64,000 nucleotides of DNA from positions 64,001-128,000 of IMG/VR virus record IMGVR_UViG_3300025405_000009; one strand, written 5' to 3'. The first letter of the stretch is position 1, and every line of letters begins with the position of its first letter. The notes below the pieces were generated by a model. The model searched no databases. It was given only the letters and a program-made list of their open reading frames with translations, and was not told the origin of the DNA. Shown here piece by piece: positions 47,976 through 58,398 of this stretch. Origin of the DNA: a virus. Made by a program: the position numbers and the translations under genes.

Positions 47976-48294
47976 ATTTTTGCGTAGGCGACCTAAGTTT
48001 GGTGGAACTGCTACCAGACGAATGCTCTGTACTAATTCTTTATCATTATTAAACAGTACAGAAGGTAGACTTGCTCTTAATTACAGGCGCGCCATTAATA
48101 TGCCAAAATTTGATCCTAATGCAAAAAATCTTGTTATAACATGGGACATTTTTATGCAAGACTACCGATGTATTAATATGGCAGCATGCGATTTGATTCA
48201 AGTAATACCTGCTAATAAAGAATTTTGGACATTCTTTAATGAAAAATTAGCAGGTATGAATCCCGTTCAAAAAATAACCTTTATGAATTCATGA
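47917..48294 (+). CDS. Hypothetical protein (SH3/WYL-like beta domain possible)
   Basis: VAEIKF.....TRRMLCT...TWD.....YR.I; AGGAG upstream. Confidence 0.55.
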   Translation: MKASLATIKSLLLNNVAEIKFLRRRPKFGGTATRRMLCTNSLSLLNSTEGRLALNYRRAINMPKFDPNAKNLVITWDIFMQDYRCINMAACDLIQVIPANKEFWTFFNEKLAGMNPVQKITFMNS

Positions 48295-48638
48295 CACCGA
48301 CAGAAAACATTGAACAATTAATTAAGCCTCTCTTACTAAGAGATATATCTTTTACAATTGACAATAAAATTCTTAAAAGTGGTAAGTTAATTTTATTTTC
48401 TGTAAAAGACTTCTTTTGTGTTTTTACACTTACCACACCCGATCGTAGTAGTAAGCGATTTATATATGAAATACCATATCCTTTTACAACAAATGCTACA
48501 GTAAGCAGTTTAGAGTTTGATTATACGCTTGATAGTTTTTGTCTTAATAACATAAGAATATCAACAAATACTAAAAATATCACCTTCAATAGACCATCGA
48601 AAATGTTTAATAAAAAGGTAGTTGTAATAATGAATTGA
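48291..48638 (+). CDS. Hypothetical protein
   Basis: 115 aa, coupled (ATGA overlap). Confidence 0.65.
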   Translation: MTPTENIEQLIKPLLLRDISFTIDNKILKSGKLILFSVKDFFCVFTLTTPDRSSKRFIYEIPYPFTTNATVSSLEFDYTLDSFCLNNIRISTNTKNITFNRPSKMFNKKVVVIMN

Positions 48639-48655
48639 CATGCTATAATCAATAT

Positions 48656-50290
48656 GTGACTGAAACATATATTGAGCATTTTCCATCCGGATTTATACCT
48701 TCTACCGGACAAATAACTGTTCTTAATGAAATTGAAAAAGCATTTAAGTCAAAAAAGAAAATAGTAATATGTTGTGCACCAACGGGGTCAGGAAAATCAT
48801 TTATAGCCAGAACGCTTGCTAACTTAAGTACAGAACCATCTAAGGAGTTTGTAAGACTTATAGAGAGTTATGATGCATATAAAAAAGACTTTGAAGGCAG
48901 TTATTCATATGGTTATGAGTGTACACAAGAACCAGCTTTCGGTACATTTGCCTTAACTATTACTAAAGCTCTTCAAGATCAGTATCTTGGATTGTTTAAT
49001 GATACAGCCATTTTAAAGGGTAAAACAAACTATCAATGTGATATTGATAATAATTTTGATACCGAATTAGCTCCATGCACATTTGCTCCTAAAATAAAAG
49101 ATCAATGTTGGATAGAAAATCGTTGTCCATATTACAACGCTCGTAATCAAGCTCTTATATCACAATTTACAGCGCTTAACTATAAAATGTTTTTAGCACT
49201 ACCAGAGCATGTAAAGCGTAAAAATTTTATTGTATGTGATGAAGCATCCGAGTTAGAAGATGAGCTTATTAGACAATTTTCCGCTGAGGTTGTATACGAA
49301 AAATTAGATAATTATAATATCAGTTATAAAACACTTGTAACTGATAATCAGCAAAGAGCTCTTAATTGGATAACAGAATTAACTATTACTATTAATGAAG
49401 AGTTAGAAAAACTCACTGCAAAGACATCAAATAAAGCTAAACCAATAACACTTACACAGTCTGAGCAAATAAAATACGGCTATCTTAAAAGCCTACATCG
49501 CTCTTTAACATCTCTTATATCTTTATGGAATAAAGGTGAATATGTTGTTGAGGTAGATTCAAAACATGTGTTAATAACACCGTTAAGAGCCGATTTTCTT
49601 ACAGATAATATTTTTAAGTTTGCGGATAAAGTGGTTTTAGTATCAGCCACTATTATCGATCATAAAAACTTTGCAAAGTCACTAGGTATTAAAGACTATG
49701 AGTATATTGAAATTGGTAGTAACTTTGATGCTAAAAAATCACCTATTTTTATATCGTCAAAATATAAACCTAATTATAAAAATCTAAAAAACGTATTACC
49801 GGGTATTTCTAGTCAAATTGAACAAATTCTCAATCACCATTCAAATGAAAAAGGATTAATTCATACACATTCGTATGAAATTACAGAATTTATACGTAAT
49901 CGAGTAAATAGCAGTAGACTACTCGTACGAGACACCAAAAATACTAATGAAGACATTCTTAAGCAACATATGGAGACTGAGGATCCTACCGTTCTTGTAT
50001 CACCTTCTATGGTATATGGTATAGATCTTAAGGATGATTTGGCTCGTTTTCAGATAATTGTTAAACTACCGTTTCTACCATTAGGATCCAAGCGTATTAA
50101 GCAGTTATTTGATATTGATAAGGAGTGGTATGAAAATAAAATGCTCAATGCAGTTGTACAGGCAGCAGGTAGGTCTACTAGAAGTAAAAATGACTACTCT
50201 TCTACATATATTCTCGATGGCAATTTCATAAACGTTGTTACAAGAGCTAAGAACAAGTTACCAAAACACTTCATCGAACGTATTCATTAA
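48656..50290 (+). CDS. DinG/XPD-family Fe-S helicase
   Basis: APTGSGKS, four Cys (YQC..APC..DQC..RCPY), CDEA, SAT, KLPF, QAAGRSTRS..D; TATAAT 6 nt before GTG. Confidence 0.88.
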   Translation: MTETYIEHFPSGFIPSTGQITVLNEIEKAFKSKKKIVICCAPTGSGKSFIARTLANLSTEPSKEFVRLIESYDAYKKDFEGSYSYGYECTQEPAFGTFALTITKALQDQYLGLFNDTAILKGKTNYQCDIDNNFDTELAPCTFAPKIKDQCWIENRCPYYNARNQALISQFTALNYKMFLALPEHVKRKNFIVCDEASELEDELIRQFSAEVVYEKLDNYNISYKTLVTDNQQRALNWITELTITINEELEKLTAKTSNKAKPITLTQSEQIKYGYLKSLHRSLTSLISLWNKGEYVVEVDSKHVLITPLRADFLTDNIFKFADKVVLVSATIIDHKNFAKSLGIKDYEYIEIGSNFDAKKSPIFISSKYKPNYKNLKNVLPGISSQIEQILNHHSNEKGLIHTHSYEITEFIRNRVNSSRLLVRDTKNTNEDILKQHMETEDPTVLVSPSMVYGIDLKDDLARFQIIVKLPFLPLGSKRIKQLFDIDKEWYENKMLNAVVQAAGRSTRSKNDYSSTYILDGNFINVVTRAKNKLPKHFIERIH

Positions 50291-50304
50291 TTAAATATTA
50301 ATGA

Positions 50305-51144
50305 ATGCAGGCACAAAGCTATTATTTTGAAACAAAGGACTTAATAACTCAATTTGTTGCAGCTTTTGATGATATTATTATCAAAAGATATGATAAAAAT
50401 CGTAACGCAATAAATAGCGTTCAAGTCCGTTATGTTTACTCTCCAAAACAGAGAGTTATGTATGATTTAGTAAATCTTGCACAAAATATTACAGTTCCTG
50501 TTGTAGCCATAAATATGACATCTATATCAAGAGATGTTAATAGAGTGTTTAATAAGCTAGATGGGTATTATGTACCAAGAGGCCTATCAGATGGCGATGG
50601 ACAACCATCAACAGCATTTTATAATTCACCAGTCCCTGTTAATATAAGCGTTTCAATGTCTATATTGACTAAGTTTCAATCAGACATGGACCAAATTATC
50701 TCAAATTTTGTCCCATATAATAATCCTTATATTATACTGTCATGGAAACTTCCAGAAGCACTTGTATCAAATGGATTCACTACACCACAAGAAATTCGTA
50801 GTGAAGTTCTCTGGGACGGTAATATTAATTTAACATATCCAACTGATATAAATGCTACTGAAAAATATAAAGTCGTTGCCGATACAAGTTTTATTATAAA
50901 AGGATGGTTATTTCCTGCTGTGCGCAATGATGCTGGAAATATTTATTATATTAATAATAATTTTCATAATGTGGGGTTAGTATCTAGTGTAGCGGAGTTA
51001 ACAGCGCGATCATATACATATCCTTTATCTTCCGGTCTCATTAGTGATATGGAAACTGTATCAATTTCCGGTAATCCACAAATATCTAATATATTTTATA
51101 ATAATCAGGGAGCTAACTCACCAACATATATCCCTTTAGTTTAA
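50305..51144 (+). CDS. gp15: Tail terminator / sheath stabiliser (T4 gp15-like)
   Basis: YYFE...LITQF...FDDI.I.R, V...YSPKQR, PVNI...SILTK.Q.DMDQII..F.PY.NP. Confidence 0.8.
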   Translation: MQAQSYYFETKDLITQFVAAFDDIIIKRYDKNRNAINSVQVRYVYSPKQRVMYDLVNLAQNITVPVVAINMTSISRDVNRVFNKLDGYYVPRGLSDGDGQPSTAFYNSPVPVNISVSMSILTKFQSDMDQIISNFVPYNNPYIILSWKLPEALVSNGFTTPQEIRSEVLWDGNINLTYPTDINATEKYKVVADTSFIIKGWLFPAVRNDAGNIYYINNNFHNVGLVSSVAELTARSYTYPLSSGLISDMETVSISGNPQISNIFYNNQGANSPTYIPLV

Positions 51145-51161
51145 ATTAAATAATTACCAAC

Positions 51162-54100
51162 ATGGTTGTAACACAAACCCAACTTATAACTTTTGATTCA
51201 ATTACCACTTTAGGTGTTAACGCTACAAATGCTGTCGATCGTACACAACCGCTTACTTTCATTCAATGGTTACCATATAATAAATCAATTTATACAACAC
51301 CTGAAAATGCATTAAATCTTTATCAAATATACGTTAGTAGCTGGTATGCAGTACAAGGTGTATCTGTAGCTCAAACAGCTAGTTCTATACAAAATCTTTA
51401 TGTTAATTTAATTAACGAAATTTTAATTAATTACTCAACTGTAGAGGAACAACGATATCTTACAAATCTCGATGTAACTAATCCAAGAGATCTTGCAATA
51501 GCTGTACCGTTCTTTTCAAAAAAAATAAAAGATGTTTGCTTGTATTATGTTAATTTACGTGAAACTGCTCAAACAGCTACAACACAATACAATTTAAAGG
51601 GATCTAATATTGGCGTCAAAACACTATTATATAATACTATTTCGAATGCTTTACAATCTCAAGATTTAACAAGTACAATCGCAACTCTGAATCTCTCTAT
51701 TTCTTCAATAAGAAATAATATAGTTTTAGATATTGAGGATATATATGATTTAACTCCTGATTATTTTGATACAAATCCAACGCTACCAACATCCGCTTAT
51801 GATGTTTCAGGAGATTTAAGACAGACATTTTTTGCAGCAAATCAAAATAATATTGATCCATATTTAACTTTAGATTTTAGCCAAAGTATTGTAAATGCAA
51901 TTTTACAATATCCAATCTATACTGCGCAACTTGGATTACAGTTAGCAATTGCCCCTGCAGTTCAACCTAATCAACTAGGATTATTAAAAGATAGCGATTA
52001 CATTAATAATGTTAATACAGGTAATAGTAGAGATTTAACACTTAATACAGAAATAACAAATCAAGAAAAATATATAGGTGCAGATTTTTATTATGTTATT
52101 ACTGATTCTACTTTAACTACATTTACTTCAGGACAGCTCTTTGCCGCTAATTCTGAATTTGCAAACGTATTAAATAAACGCTATCCAACAATTGCTTCTG
52201 TACCCAGTCAGGAGTTTTTAAATACAGGCAAAGAAATGGGATTATTTTTTAAACCTGATAAAATAGGTTTGTTACATTTTACTAATTTTAATTTTTCAGC
52301 TTCTGTCAATTTAAACAATCTCAAACCAAATACTGTTTACTACTTTCCAGACCCTGCAAAATATGGTAATGTAACAAGTAATACCCAACAAAATTTTATA
52401 ACACCGTTAAGCTTTTTTGAAAAAAATTATTTTAATAAAGTCGATTTTTCAAATCAATATCGTTTTGGTGATGTTGATAGTAATCCGTATTACCAACTTT
52501 TTAGAAGCTATCAATCACGTGAACAAACTTTAGATCAATCTAATTTTGGTATTTCAAGATATACAGATTATCAGGATTTCTTTACTGGTGGTCTTGATAG
52601 TATTTGGAATAATATTGATGTATATCCTCTGACACCCGTTGGACAGTATCCTGTGGATCAACGAGCAAATAGTCTCATAACAATCAATAATAGTTTAGTA
52701 CAGTTTAAGAGTGATATTTACGGTAATCAATACGGTCTTTATAAAAATTTAAATACATATAAAACACCACTCTCTAGTCCAGTTATACCTAATTCTTCTA
52801 TTACAGATCTTGTACTTGATAATAATCAATTTGTTTATACAACTGCACTCGACCCAACTAATATATTAAGTGCAGGTTCATTTAATAATAACAGTTCTCA
52901 GGCTACTATCGTAATACAATCATACGGATTTCGTTTTGAAGCCTTTTCACCGAGTTATGTTAGTTCTAATTTTATTGTCAATACTCTTGAATGTCAAACA
53001 TTCATAAGTCCAACAAGTGCATACTGGTCTGATTCACCTTTAAGTAACAGTACATCGTATGTAGCTAATAATGCATATTATTATAATACACTTGTAGAGT
53101 GTGGTACAGATTTAAACGGAAATCCTGCTATAGCAGGAAATATAGCATCATTTCTTGGACAACCAACTAATTTACCGCTCTATGATGGATATCATTTTGT
53201 GGTTGATTATTATGATAATAATTTAAACATAATTACTAATTATGATCCAACGACACCTGTTCAATATAATTATGACTATATAGAGCAAAATACATTTGTT
53301 AGTACTGTACCTGCTGTTAGTTCAACTCTCGACTTTAGCTTACTACCTTCACTATCAAATACACCTATAACCTCACTGTATAATCAACGCAATAATACAA
53401 CCGGTTATCTATATTGTAGAGCACCCGACAGTGTTAACACAAATACTATCAACAATAGCCCATTAAGTGCTATTTTAACAAAATATCAATCTATTAGTAC
53501 ATTTGATGCCGCTAATACACAATCAAATATAACTCTTTATAATGAAATTGTAACAAACGGTATTTTAAACTTTGATGTTTATTATGACGTTATTCAAATT
53601 GAAACAGCAAATAATTTAATTTTTGATAAAATACGTTTTAACTACACAAATAATCAATGTAGTTCAAACTCTGTAACGTATAGCTATCTATATCGCGGTT
53701 ATAATCAGCAGTTTGAAAAATTCTCTAACGTATGGTTTAACGAAACAAAGAATCAATTAATTGTCTGTCAAACAAAACTTTATAACCAATTAAGTGCTAC
53801 AAATTATAAAATTGTTTATCCAAAGATATACATAGTTGATCTCAATTTTCCGCAACCATTACAAGTATACCCTACTACAGCAGATCAAAATATTGCTTTA
53901 AGTTCAGTTATTCAATATTCACTTTCAAGTACTAATATAAGTATCGATATTGTTGAAGTTGAAAAACCAATATTGAGTTATAACAGTTCAACAGATGTGT
54001 ATGATTTAACATATCTTTGTAAAGATACAGCTAAAGCGTTTTATACTGTTAATGTTAAATTTAGATATATAAATGGAATATTAAAAATTATATCTTCAAC

Positions 54101-54365
54101 ACTATACAAACCATCTAGTAGTACGTTACATCAAAATTTCGGTACATACAATACAACAAGTACTTTTATTTTACCATCATTGAGTACGTATGACGTATTG
54201 GGTAATAGTTATGGTAACGGATTTAAAAGTTCAATTGGTTTTGTAAATACAGGAGATTCAACATTTACATTTAATATTATTAATTATGTCAATGAATTCT
54301 TAATTGATCAAACAGCGATATATCTTATTACTCAAGAGGCTGGTGGCTTCATTGTTGTACCGTAA
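51162..54365 (+). CDS. Large virion structural protein (baseplate/tail-associated)
   Basis: 1067 aa, S/T/N-rich, TAAATA upstream, follows gp15. Confidence 0.65.
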   Translation: MVVTQTQLITFDSITTLGVNATNAVDRTQPLTFIQWLPYNKSIYTTPENALNLYQIYVSSWYAVQGVSVAQTASSIQNLYVNLINEILINYSTVEEQRYLTNLDVTNPRDLAIAVPFFSKKIKDVCLYYVNLRETAQTATTQYNLKGSNIGVKTLLYNTISNALQSQDLTSTIATLNLSISSIRNNIVLDIEDIYDLTPDYFDTNPTLPTSAYDVSGDLRQTFFAANQNNIDPYLTLDFSQSIVNAILQYPIYTAQLGLQLAIAPAVQPNQLGLLKDSDYINNVNTGNSRDLTLNTEITNQEKYIGADFYYVITDSTLTTFTSGQLFAANSEFANVLNKRYPTIASVPSQEFLNTGKEMGLFFKPDKIGLLHFTNFNFSASVNLNNLKPNTVYYFPDPAKYGNVTSNTQQNFITPLSFFEKNYFNKVDFSNQYRFGDVDSNPYYQLFRSYQSREQTLDQSNFGISRYTDYQDFFTGGLDSIWNNIDVYPLTPVGQYPVDQRANSLITINNSLVQFKSDIYGNQYGLYKNLNTYKTPLSSPVIPNSSITDLVLDNNQFVYTTALDPTNILSAGSFNNNSSQATIVIQSYGFRFEAFSPSYVSSNFIVNTLECQTFISPTSAYWSDSPLSNSTSYVANNAYYYNTLVECGTDLNGNPAIAGNIASFLGQPTNLPLYDGYHFVVDYYDNNLNIITNYDPTTPVQYNYDYIEQNTFVSTVPAVSSTLDFSLLPSLSNTPITSLYNQRNNTTGYLYCRAPDSVNTNTINNSPLSAILTKYQSISTFDAANTQSNITLYNEIVTNGILNFDVYYDVIQIETANNLIFDKIRFNYTNNQCSSNSVTYSYLYRGYNQQFEKFSNVWFNETKNQLIVCQTKLYNQLSATNYKIVYPKIYIVDLNFPQPLQVYPTTADQNIALSSVIQYSLSSTNISIDIVEVEKPILSYNSSTDVYDLTYLCKDTAKAFYTVNVKFRYINGILKIISSTLYKPSSSTLHQNFGTYNTTSTFILPSLSTYDVLGNSYGNGFKSSIGFVNTGDSTFTFNIINYVNEFLIDQTAIYLITQEAGGFIVVP

Positions 54366-54523
54366 CTATTATTTGTATTACGATACCGTCTTCCAGGTAT
54401 TTGAGCTCCCTTACCCTCTGCTACAAGCTGTGCTGTTGTCTTGAGAATAGGATATACATGCTCTACTTCTTTTATACCAAAAATTTGATTGGTAAATTTT
54501 TTAAAAACTTTGAGCAATTGCAT
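54332..54523 (-). CDS. Hypothetical protein
   Basis: 63 aa filling the gap; 34-nt convergent overlap. Confidence 0.4.
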   Translation of the reverse strand: MQLLKVFKKFTNQIFGIKEVEHVYPILKTTAQLVAEGKGAQIPGRRYRNTNNSYGTTMKPPAS

Positions 54524-54577
54524 ACTTTTAATTAATTAGTCTCTAGAAGAAACCTTTTTCAATAAAAGAACAAAAAA

Positions 54578-54937
54578 TTAATGCAATGACAGCAAATATT
54601 TTAATCTATTGAATACACCAAGCATCTCATCTCTTACATTTAGAAGATCAGAATCATTAACACTATCAAGCTCGTCATTAAGACCAATAAGAAAATCTAC
54701 ATATGAATCAATCATCGTCATATAACCATCATCAATATTTTCTAATTCAATATTATATCTAAATTTAGCTTTTGAACGACCATATTTACCCATGTATATC
54801 TCAACAAATGTATCTATTAAGTCACTTATTTGCTTATATGTTTTATCAAATGCTTTATGCTGAGCATAACTCTCTGTCTGCCAGTGAAAAACCTTAATTT
54901 GATTTTGTATACTTAAAAATGGAGCAAACAGTTTCAT
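54578..54937 (-). CDS. Ferritin/Dps-like four-helix protein (DUF5856-like)
   Basis: HWQTESYAQHKAFDKTY...D.FVE.YMG; NVRDEML; perfect TATAAATA upstream. Confidence 0.75.
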   Translation of the reverse strand: MKLFAPFLSIQNQIKVFHWQTESYAQHKAFDKTYKQISDLIDTFVEIYMGKYGRSKAKFRYNIELENIDDGYMTMIDSYVDFLIGLNDELDSVNDSDLLNVRDEMLGVFNRLKYLLSLH

Positions 54938-54951
54938 TGTTATAGATATAT

Positions 54952-55422
54952 TTATACACCAAACGCTGCACAAAGCAAGGAAATAGGATCAAGTTGCTTA
55001 CTTGTTGTAACAACAACATTAGCAGATTCATAATCACCGTACGGATCTGAAGTATTAATTGATTCAGCATTTGCTATTATATTGGATTCTACAGGCATGT
55101 ACGGAGACTTACGAATTTTCTCTAATATTAGAGTCATAAGTTGATTGAGAACAATATCTGCCATAGCAGCTGATACAAACTCTTCAATATCTTTACGATT
55201 AAATTTACCTTTTAATACTTCAAAAGGGTTTGCATATGTACCAAAAACATAATGAGGTAAATATTTGTTAGCTAATGTAGCGCAATCTTTAATAACATGA
55301 AAAGCAGCAGGTGTTTGAATAGTAATTCCTGTCTCTGGACGTTCAGCTGCTTTTTTAGATGGTCCGTAGAGCTTAGCTTCTTTAACTTGACTATTCAGAA
55401 TGATTTGATCGATAAAGTTCAT
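54952..55422 (-). CDS. Hypothetical protein
   Basis: 156 aa; MNFIDQIILNSQVKE-A leader-like start. Confidence 0.65.
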   Translation of the reverse strand: MNFIDQIILNSQVKEAKLYGPSKKAAERPETGITIQTPAAFHVIKDCATLANKYLPHYVFGTYANPFEVLKGKFNRKDIEEFVSAAMADIVLNQLMTLILEKIRKSPYMPVESNIIANAESINTSDPYGDYESANVVVTTSKQLDPISLLCAAFGV

Positions 55423-56104
55423 TTATTTTATAATAATTAAGCATAGCTAATACATCATATTTTTTATATGACATTGGATAGTATGTAAATTTTTCAGTTA
55501 TTCTATCATAATAGAATACACCAATAGTATTTACACGTCTGCCAGTTATACATTGATACATGTATGCATAGGTTGATAGTTGTAGACTATAAATTGAGTA
55601 TTCACTGGCTGTTAAATGATCAAGTGGTGAGAGGAGAAATTCATTATATGGGTTAAACATATTGAACTTTTTGTTTGTCTTAAGATCAAAAACGCTAAAT
55701 CCACCATTTTTTTCGTTTCTAATTAAATCCGCAGTACCTGCTAGTTTAAAATCATGAGAGTGAAGCTTATGTTCAACAAGTAAATCATCTTTCTTATTGA
55801 CAATGTCTAAATCTAAAAATGCTTGAATAAAAACCGTATACTCTGGATCAAACGTGCCAGTTTTTAAATATTTTTCAATAACAGCATGAAAATCAGTACC
55901 GATATCCTTACTCTTATCGTTAGCAATCTTCCATCGATCAAGTACTTCTTGCTTTGTAATTCCCTCTCTTTTAGCTACCCTACTAGCTGTGCCCTCGGAG
56001 TCAAATGGCTTTTTAAACTTATGAATAACTCTTGTTACTGAATTATAAATTTCACCAGTAAATTCATTTTTATACGAGTGATTAATAGGATCAAATACTA
56101 ACAT
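55391..56104 (-). CDS. PD-(D/E)XK exonuclease
   Basis: SVT, GTDFH..IE, LAGTADLI, FDLKT, YSLQLSTY. Confidence 0.85.
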   Translation of the reverse strand: MLVFDPINHSYKNEFTGEIYNSVTRVIHKFKKPFDSEGTASRVAKREGITKQEVLDRWKIANDKSKDIGTDFHAVIEKYLKTGTFDPEYTVFIQAFLDLDIVNKKDDLLVEHKLHSHDFKLAGTADLIRNEKNGGFSVFDLKTNKKFNMFNPYNEFLLSPLDHLTASEYSIYSLQLSTYAYMYQCITGRRVNTIGVFYYDRITEKFTYYPMSYKKYDVLAMLNYYKINELYRSNHSE

Positions 56105-56141
56105 TTACCTATTATATATCTTCTGTCAATAATTTCAAGTT

Positions 56142-56348
56142 TTATTTTTCAAGAACGTATGTACATGTATACCCTGTCTTTATAGTTGTCTTATGAACAA
56201 GTTTAAAATTTAACGACATTAACCGAATATTAAGAGCTTTAAACCATTGTTTTTTAACATTAATAATAATGCTATTCTTATTGTGGTCAACAAGAATAAC
56301 ATCGGTGAATTCTTCACATATAGATGTAACTATTTTAGAAACTGACAT
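56142..56348 (-). CDS. Hypothetical protein
   Basis: 68 aa; AATAAATA upstream. Confidence 0.55.
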   Translation of the reverse strand: MSVSKIVTSICEEFTDVILVDHNKNSIIINVKKQWFKALNIRLMSLNFKLVHKTTIKTGYTCTYVLEK

Positions 56349-56398
56349 GTATAGTAATATTTATTCAATATTACCTACATATTATTTTGTGTGAATCC

Positions 56399-56596
56399 TT
56401 ATGAAATAAGGATGGACTCGTTAATAGATGCAAGAAACTTAGTAATCTTTTCACTTATCTTACTGAGAGTTTGTGTATCTGTTTCAGTAATAAGATCAGC
56501 TGTTTTATTTTGTACGGCATTAATTACAATCACAATATTTTTAAGATCACCAATTGTAAGTTCAGTAGTAAATTCTTCGCTTGCGTTTTTACCCAT
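56399..56596 (-). CDS. Hypothetical protein
   Basis: 65 aa, amphipathic helical pattern. Confidence 0.55.
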   Translation of the reverse strand: MGKNASEEFTTELTIGDLKNIVIVINAVQNKTADLITETDTQTLSKISEKITKFLASINESILIS

Positions 56597-56641
56597 ATAA
56601 TATTATTATATTAGTGATAAATTATAGTAAATTCAACTTTT

Positions 56642-57112
56642 ATGTATATTTTTACTCTCAAACCTACTCCAAAATCAGTAGATTGGTTTAAGGAGCATAA
56701 TTACGATGTAAAATCTATGGGAGCTGCCACCTCTATGCTATTTGCTGAAGTTGAACCTGGTGCAATTACTAGAAAAATAACATTAATAGTACAAGTAGAT
56801 GTAGGGGCTGATGAGAGCGGTTATAAGTTTTATTCTAACAAAATATATCTCTGTGACGAGCCGAGAACAAAGGCAAAATCTTATAAACAAAAAGAAAGAG
56901 CGTTGTTTGAGCATTATTTACATGAGTTTAGACATTGGATGCAAAATAGAATCTATAAAGTTAGTCATACTCAACTTACTTACAATCAGGAAGACGTTGA
57001 TTTAAATCGTCATGCATACTTTCGTAATGAACATGAAGTAGATGCACGCAGATTTACAAAACAACACTTAGCAAAATTTTGTAAATACTATAAAGCCTTT
57101 AAACACGTATAA
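56642..57112 (+). CDS. Hypothetical protein with HExxH zincin motif
   Basis: LHEFRHWMQ and downstream HEVDAR. Confidence 0.65.
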   Translation: MYIFTLKPTPKSVDWFKEHNYDVKSMGAATSMLFAEVEPGAITRKITLIVQVDVGADESGYKFYSNKIYLCDEPRTKAKSYKQKERALFEHYLHEFRHWMQNRIYKVSHTQLTYNQEDVDLNRHAYFRNEHEVDARRFTKQHLAKFCKYYKAFKHV

Positions 57113-57308
57113 TTAAAGAGTCCATATACGTTTTCCAGATTTTTGTTTGATATTCGGCTTTTAAATTTATTGCCTGACAGCCATTACAATTATTATCAGC
57201 TACAAGCTTATTAACCTCAGTTTGATATTGAGCACGTAACTCTAAACAATCTTTAATTGATTCAGGACACGGCCCTTCTAAATTAAAAAAATCGTTATAT
57301 ATACTCAT
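57099..57308 (-). CDS. Small Cys-containing hypothetical protein
   Basis: GPCP..IKDC...CNGC; coupled to endolysin stop. Confidence 0.6.
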   Translation of the reverse strand: MSIYNDFFNLEGPCPESIKDCLELRAQYQTEVNKLVADNNCNGCQAINLKAEYQTKIWKTYMDSLIIRV

Positions 57309-57916
57309 ATACAGGTTTCTACTAGTTTCGCCTCTGCCTCTCTTCTTGCAAGCAATCCATCAAGACCCTTACCTTCCCATATACGCTTCATTTTTCGTAA
57401 CTCCTCTGCAATACCTCTATAATCACGCTTTGGCACAAGGAGCTTTATGTCTCTCATTTCGAGACGACTATCTCCTGTCATACTCGTTCCTCGATTAAAA
57501 ACAAGGGAGACAAGGGCTCCGTAAGCATTATCACAAAGCTGATCAAGACCTGGAAAAGCTTTCTCAGCAAGATTAGCAAACTTAGGCCATGTTAAAGTAT
57601 TGAATATATGTACAGCGTGATTCCAATCAACGGTAATATTAAGCGGTTTTATTTGTTGTACATACTCTCTACCTGCTTGCCCGGTCTTACCAGAAGCACG
57701 TCTTACAGCTTCAAGTTGATCAGACGGTAAAAAGCCAAAAATTCTTGAAAGCTCATCTGGTGTATAATAACCACAATCAATACCTATACCAAGTGTTGTT
57801 CCTGACGCACCTCCTGGCCAAGTTGGATGTGTTAGGTATTTGTTATAATATGATTCATTACCACCAACTTCATATTCAAGAATAAGATTTAATGCATCAG
57901 GTGATGGGTATTTCAT
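57305..57916 (-). CDS. Endolysin (lysozyme/pesticin-like muramidase)
   Basis: ILEYEVGG, WPGGASGTTLGIG.D.G, ALVSLVFNRG, GLLARREAEA. Confidence 0.85.
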   Translation of the reverse strand: MKYPSPDALNLILEYEVGGNESYYNKYLTHPTWPGGASGTTLGIGIDCGYYTPDELSRIFGFLPSDQLEAVRRASGKTGQAGREYVQQIKPLNITVDWNHAVHIFNTLTWPKFANLAEKAFPGLDQLCDNAYGALVSLVFNRGTSMTGDSRLEMRDIKLLVPKRDYRGIAEELRKMKRIWEGKGLDGLLARREAEAKLVETCI

Positions 57917-58272
57917 ATATTAACATTTTGAATATTATAATCACCTTCTTTAGTGTTATTTGTTAAAAATTGCTCACTAACATTAATATTTCTGTTTTCA
58001 TTAAACAAACTGCTTTGATTACTTGTTATATTTTGATTTTCACTAATGGAATTCGATCTAAAAAGTTTCATTGTTTCGGTACCAGAGTAACCAAGAATAA
58101 AAGCACCTGCTAGAAACGTTAAAAATGTAAGATAAGGTGTAACATCTCTTAATAAATGAAAAGCATCTAAGCTCATTATTATGGTCAGATATATAAGGAA
58201 AACAATAAGCCACTTTTGTCTGTTTCCTTCACAGAATTTTTCTTTTGTAAAAAGTTTTCTTTCCTCAGACAT
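57913..58272 (-). CDS. Putative holin
   Basis: Two hydrophobic segments plus polar tail; overlaps endolysin start; TAAGTA upstream. Confidence 0.6.
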   Translation of the reverse strand: MSEERKLFTKEKFCEGNRQKWLIVFLIYLTIIMSLDAFHLLRDVTPYLTFLTFLAGAFILGYSGTETMKLFRSNSISENQNITSNQSSLFNENRNINVSEQFLTNNTKEGDYNIQNVNI

Positions 58273-58282
58273 ACATAATTAC

Positions 58283-58396
58283 TTATCCATGTAAATGGAA
58301 AAGTATACAACGTGCTATAACTACGCCAAATATTAAGCTATAAACACATATAGCATAGAAGAGATAGTTTGAGTGTGGTCTATAATCCTGATCCAT
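58283..58396 (-). CDS. Small single-TM peptide (37 aa)
   Basis: MDQDYRPHSNYLFYAICVYSLIFGVVIARCILFHLHG; within lysis cassette. Confidence 0.45.
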   Translation of the reverse strand: MDQDYRPHSNYLFYAICVYSLIFGVVIARCILFHLHG

Positions 58397-58398
58397 AC

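Noticed and set aside
55391-56104. Cas4 assignment for the PD-(D/E)XK nuclease
   Set aside because: Lacks the four Fe-S cysteines and there is no CRISPR context; an ordinary phage exonuclease.
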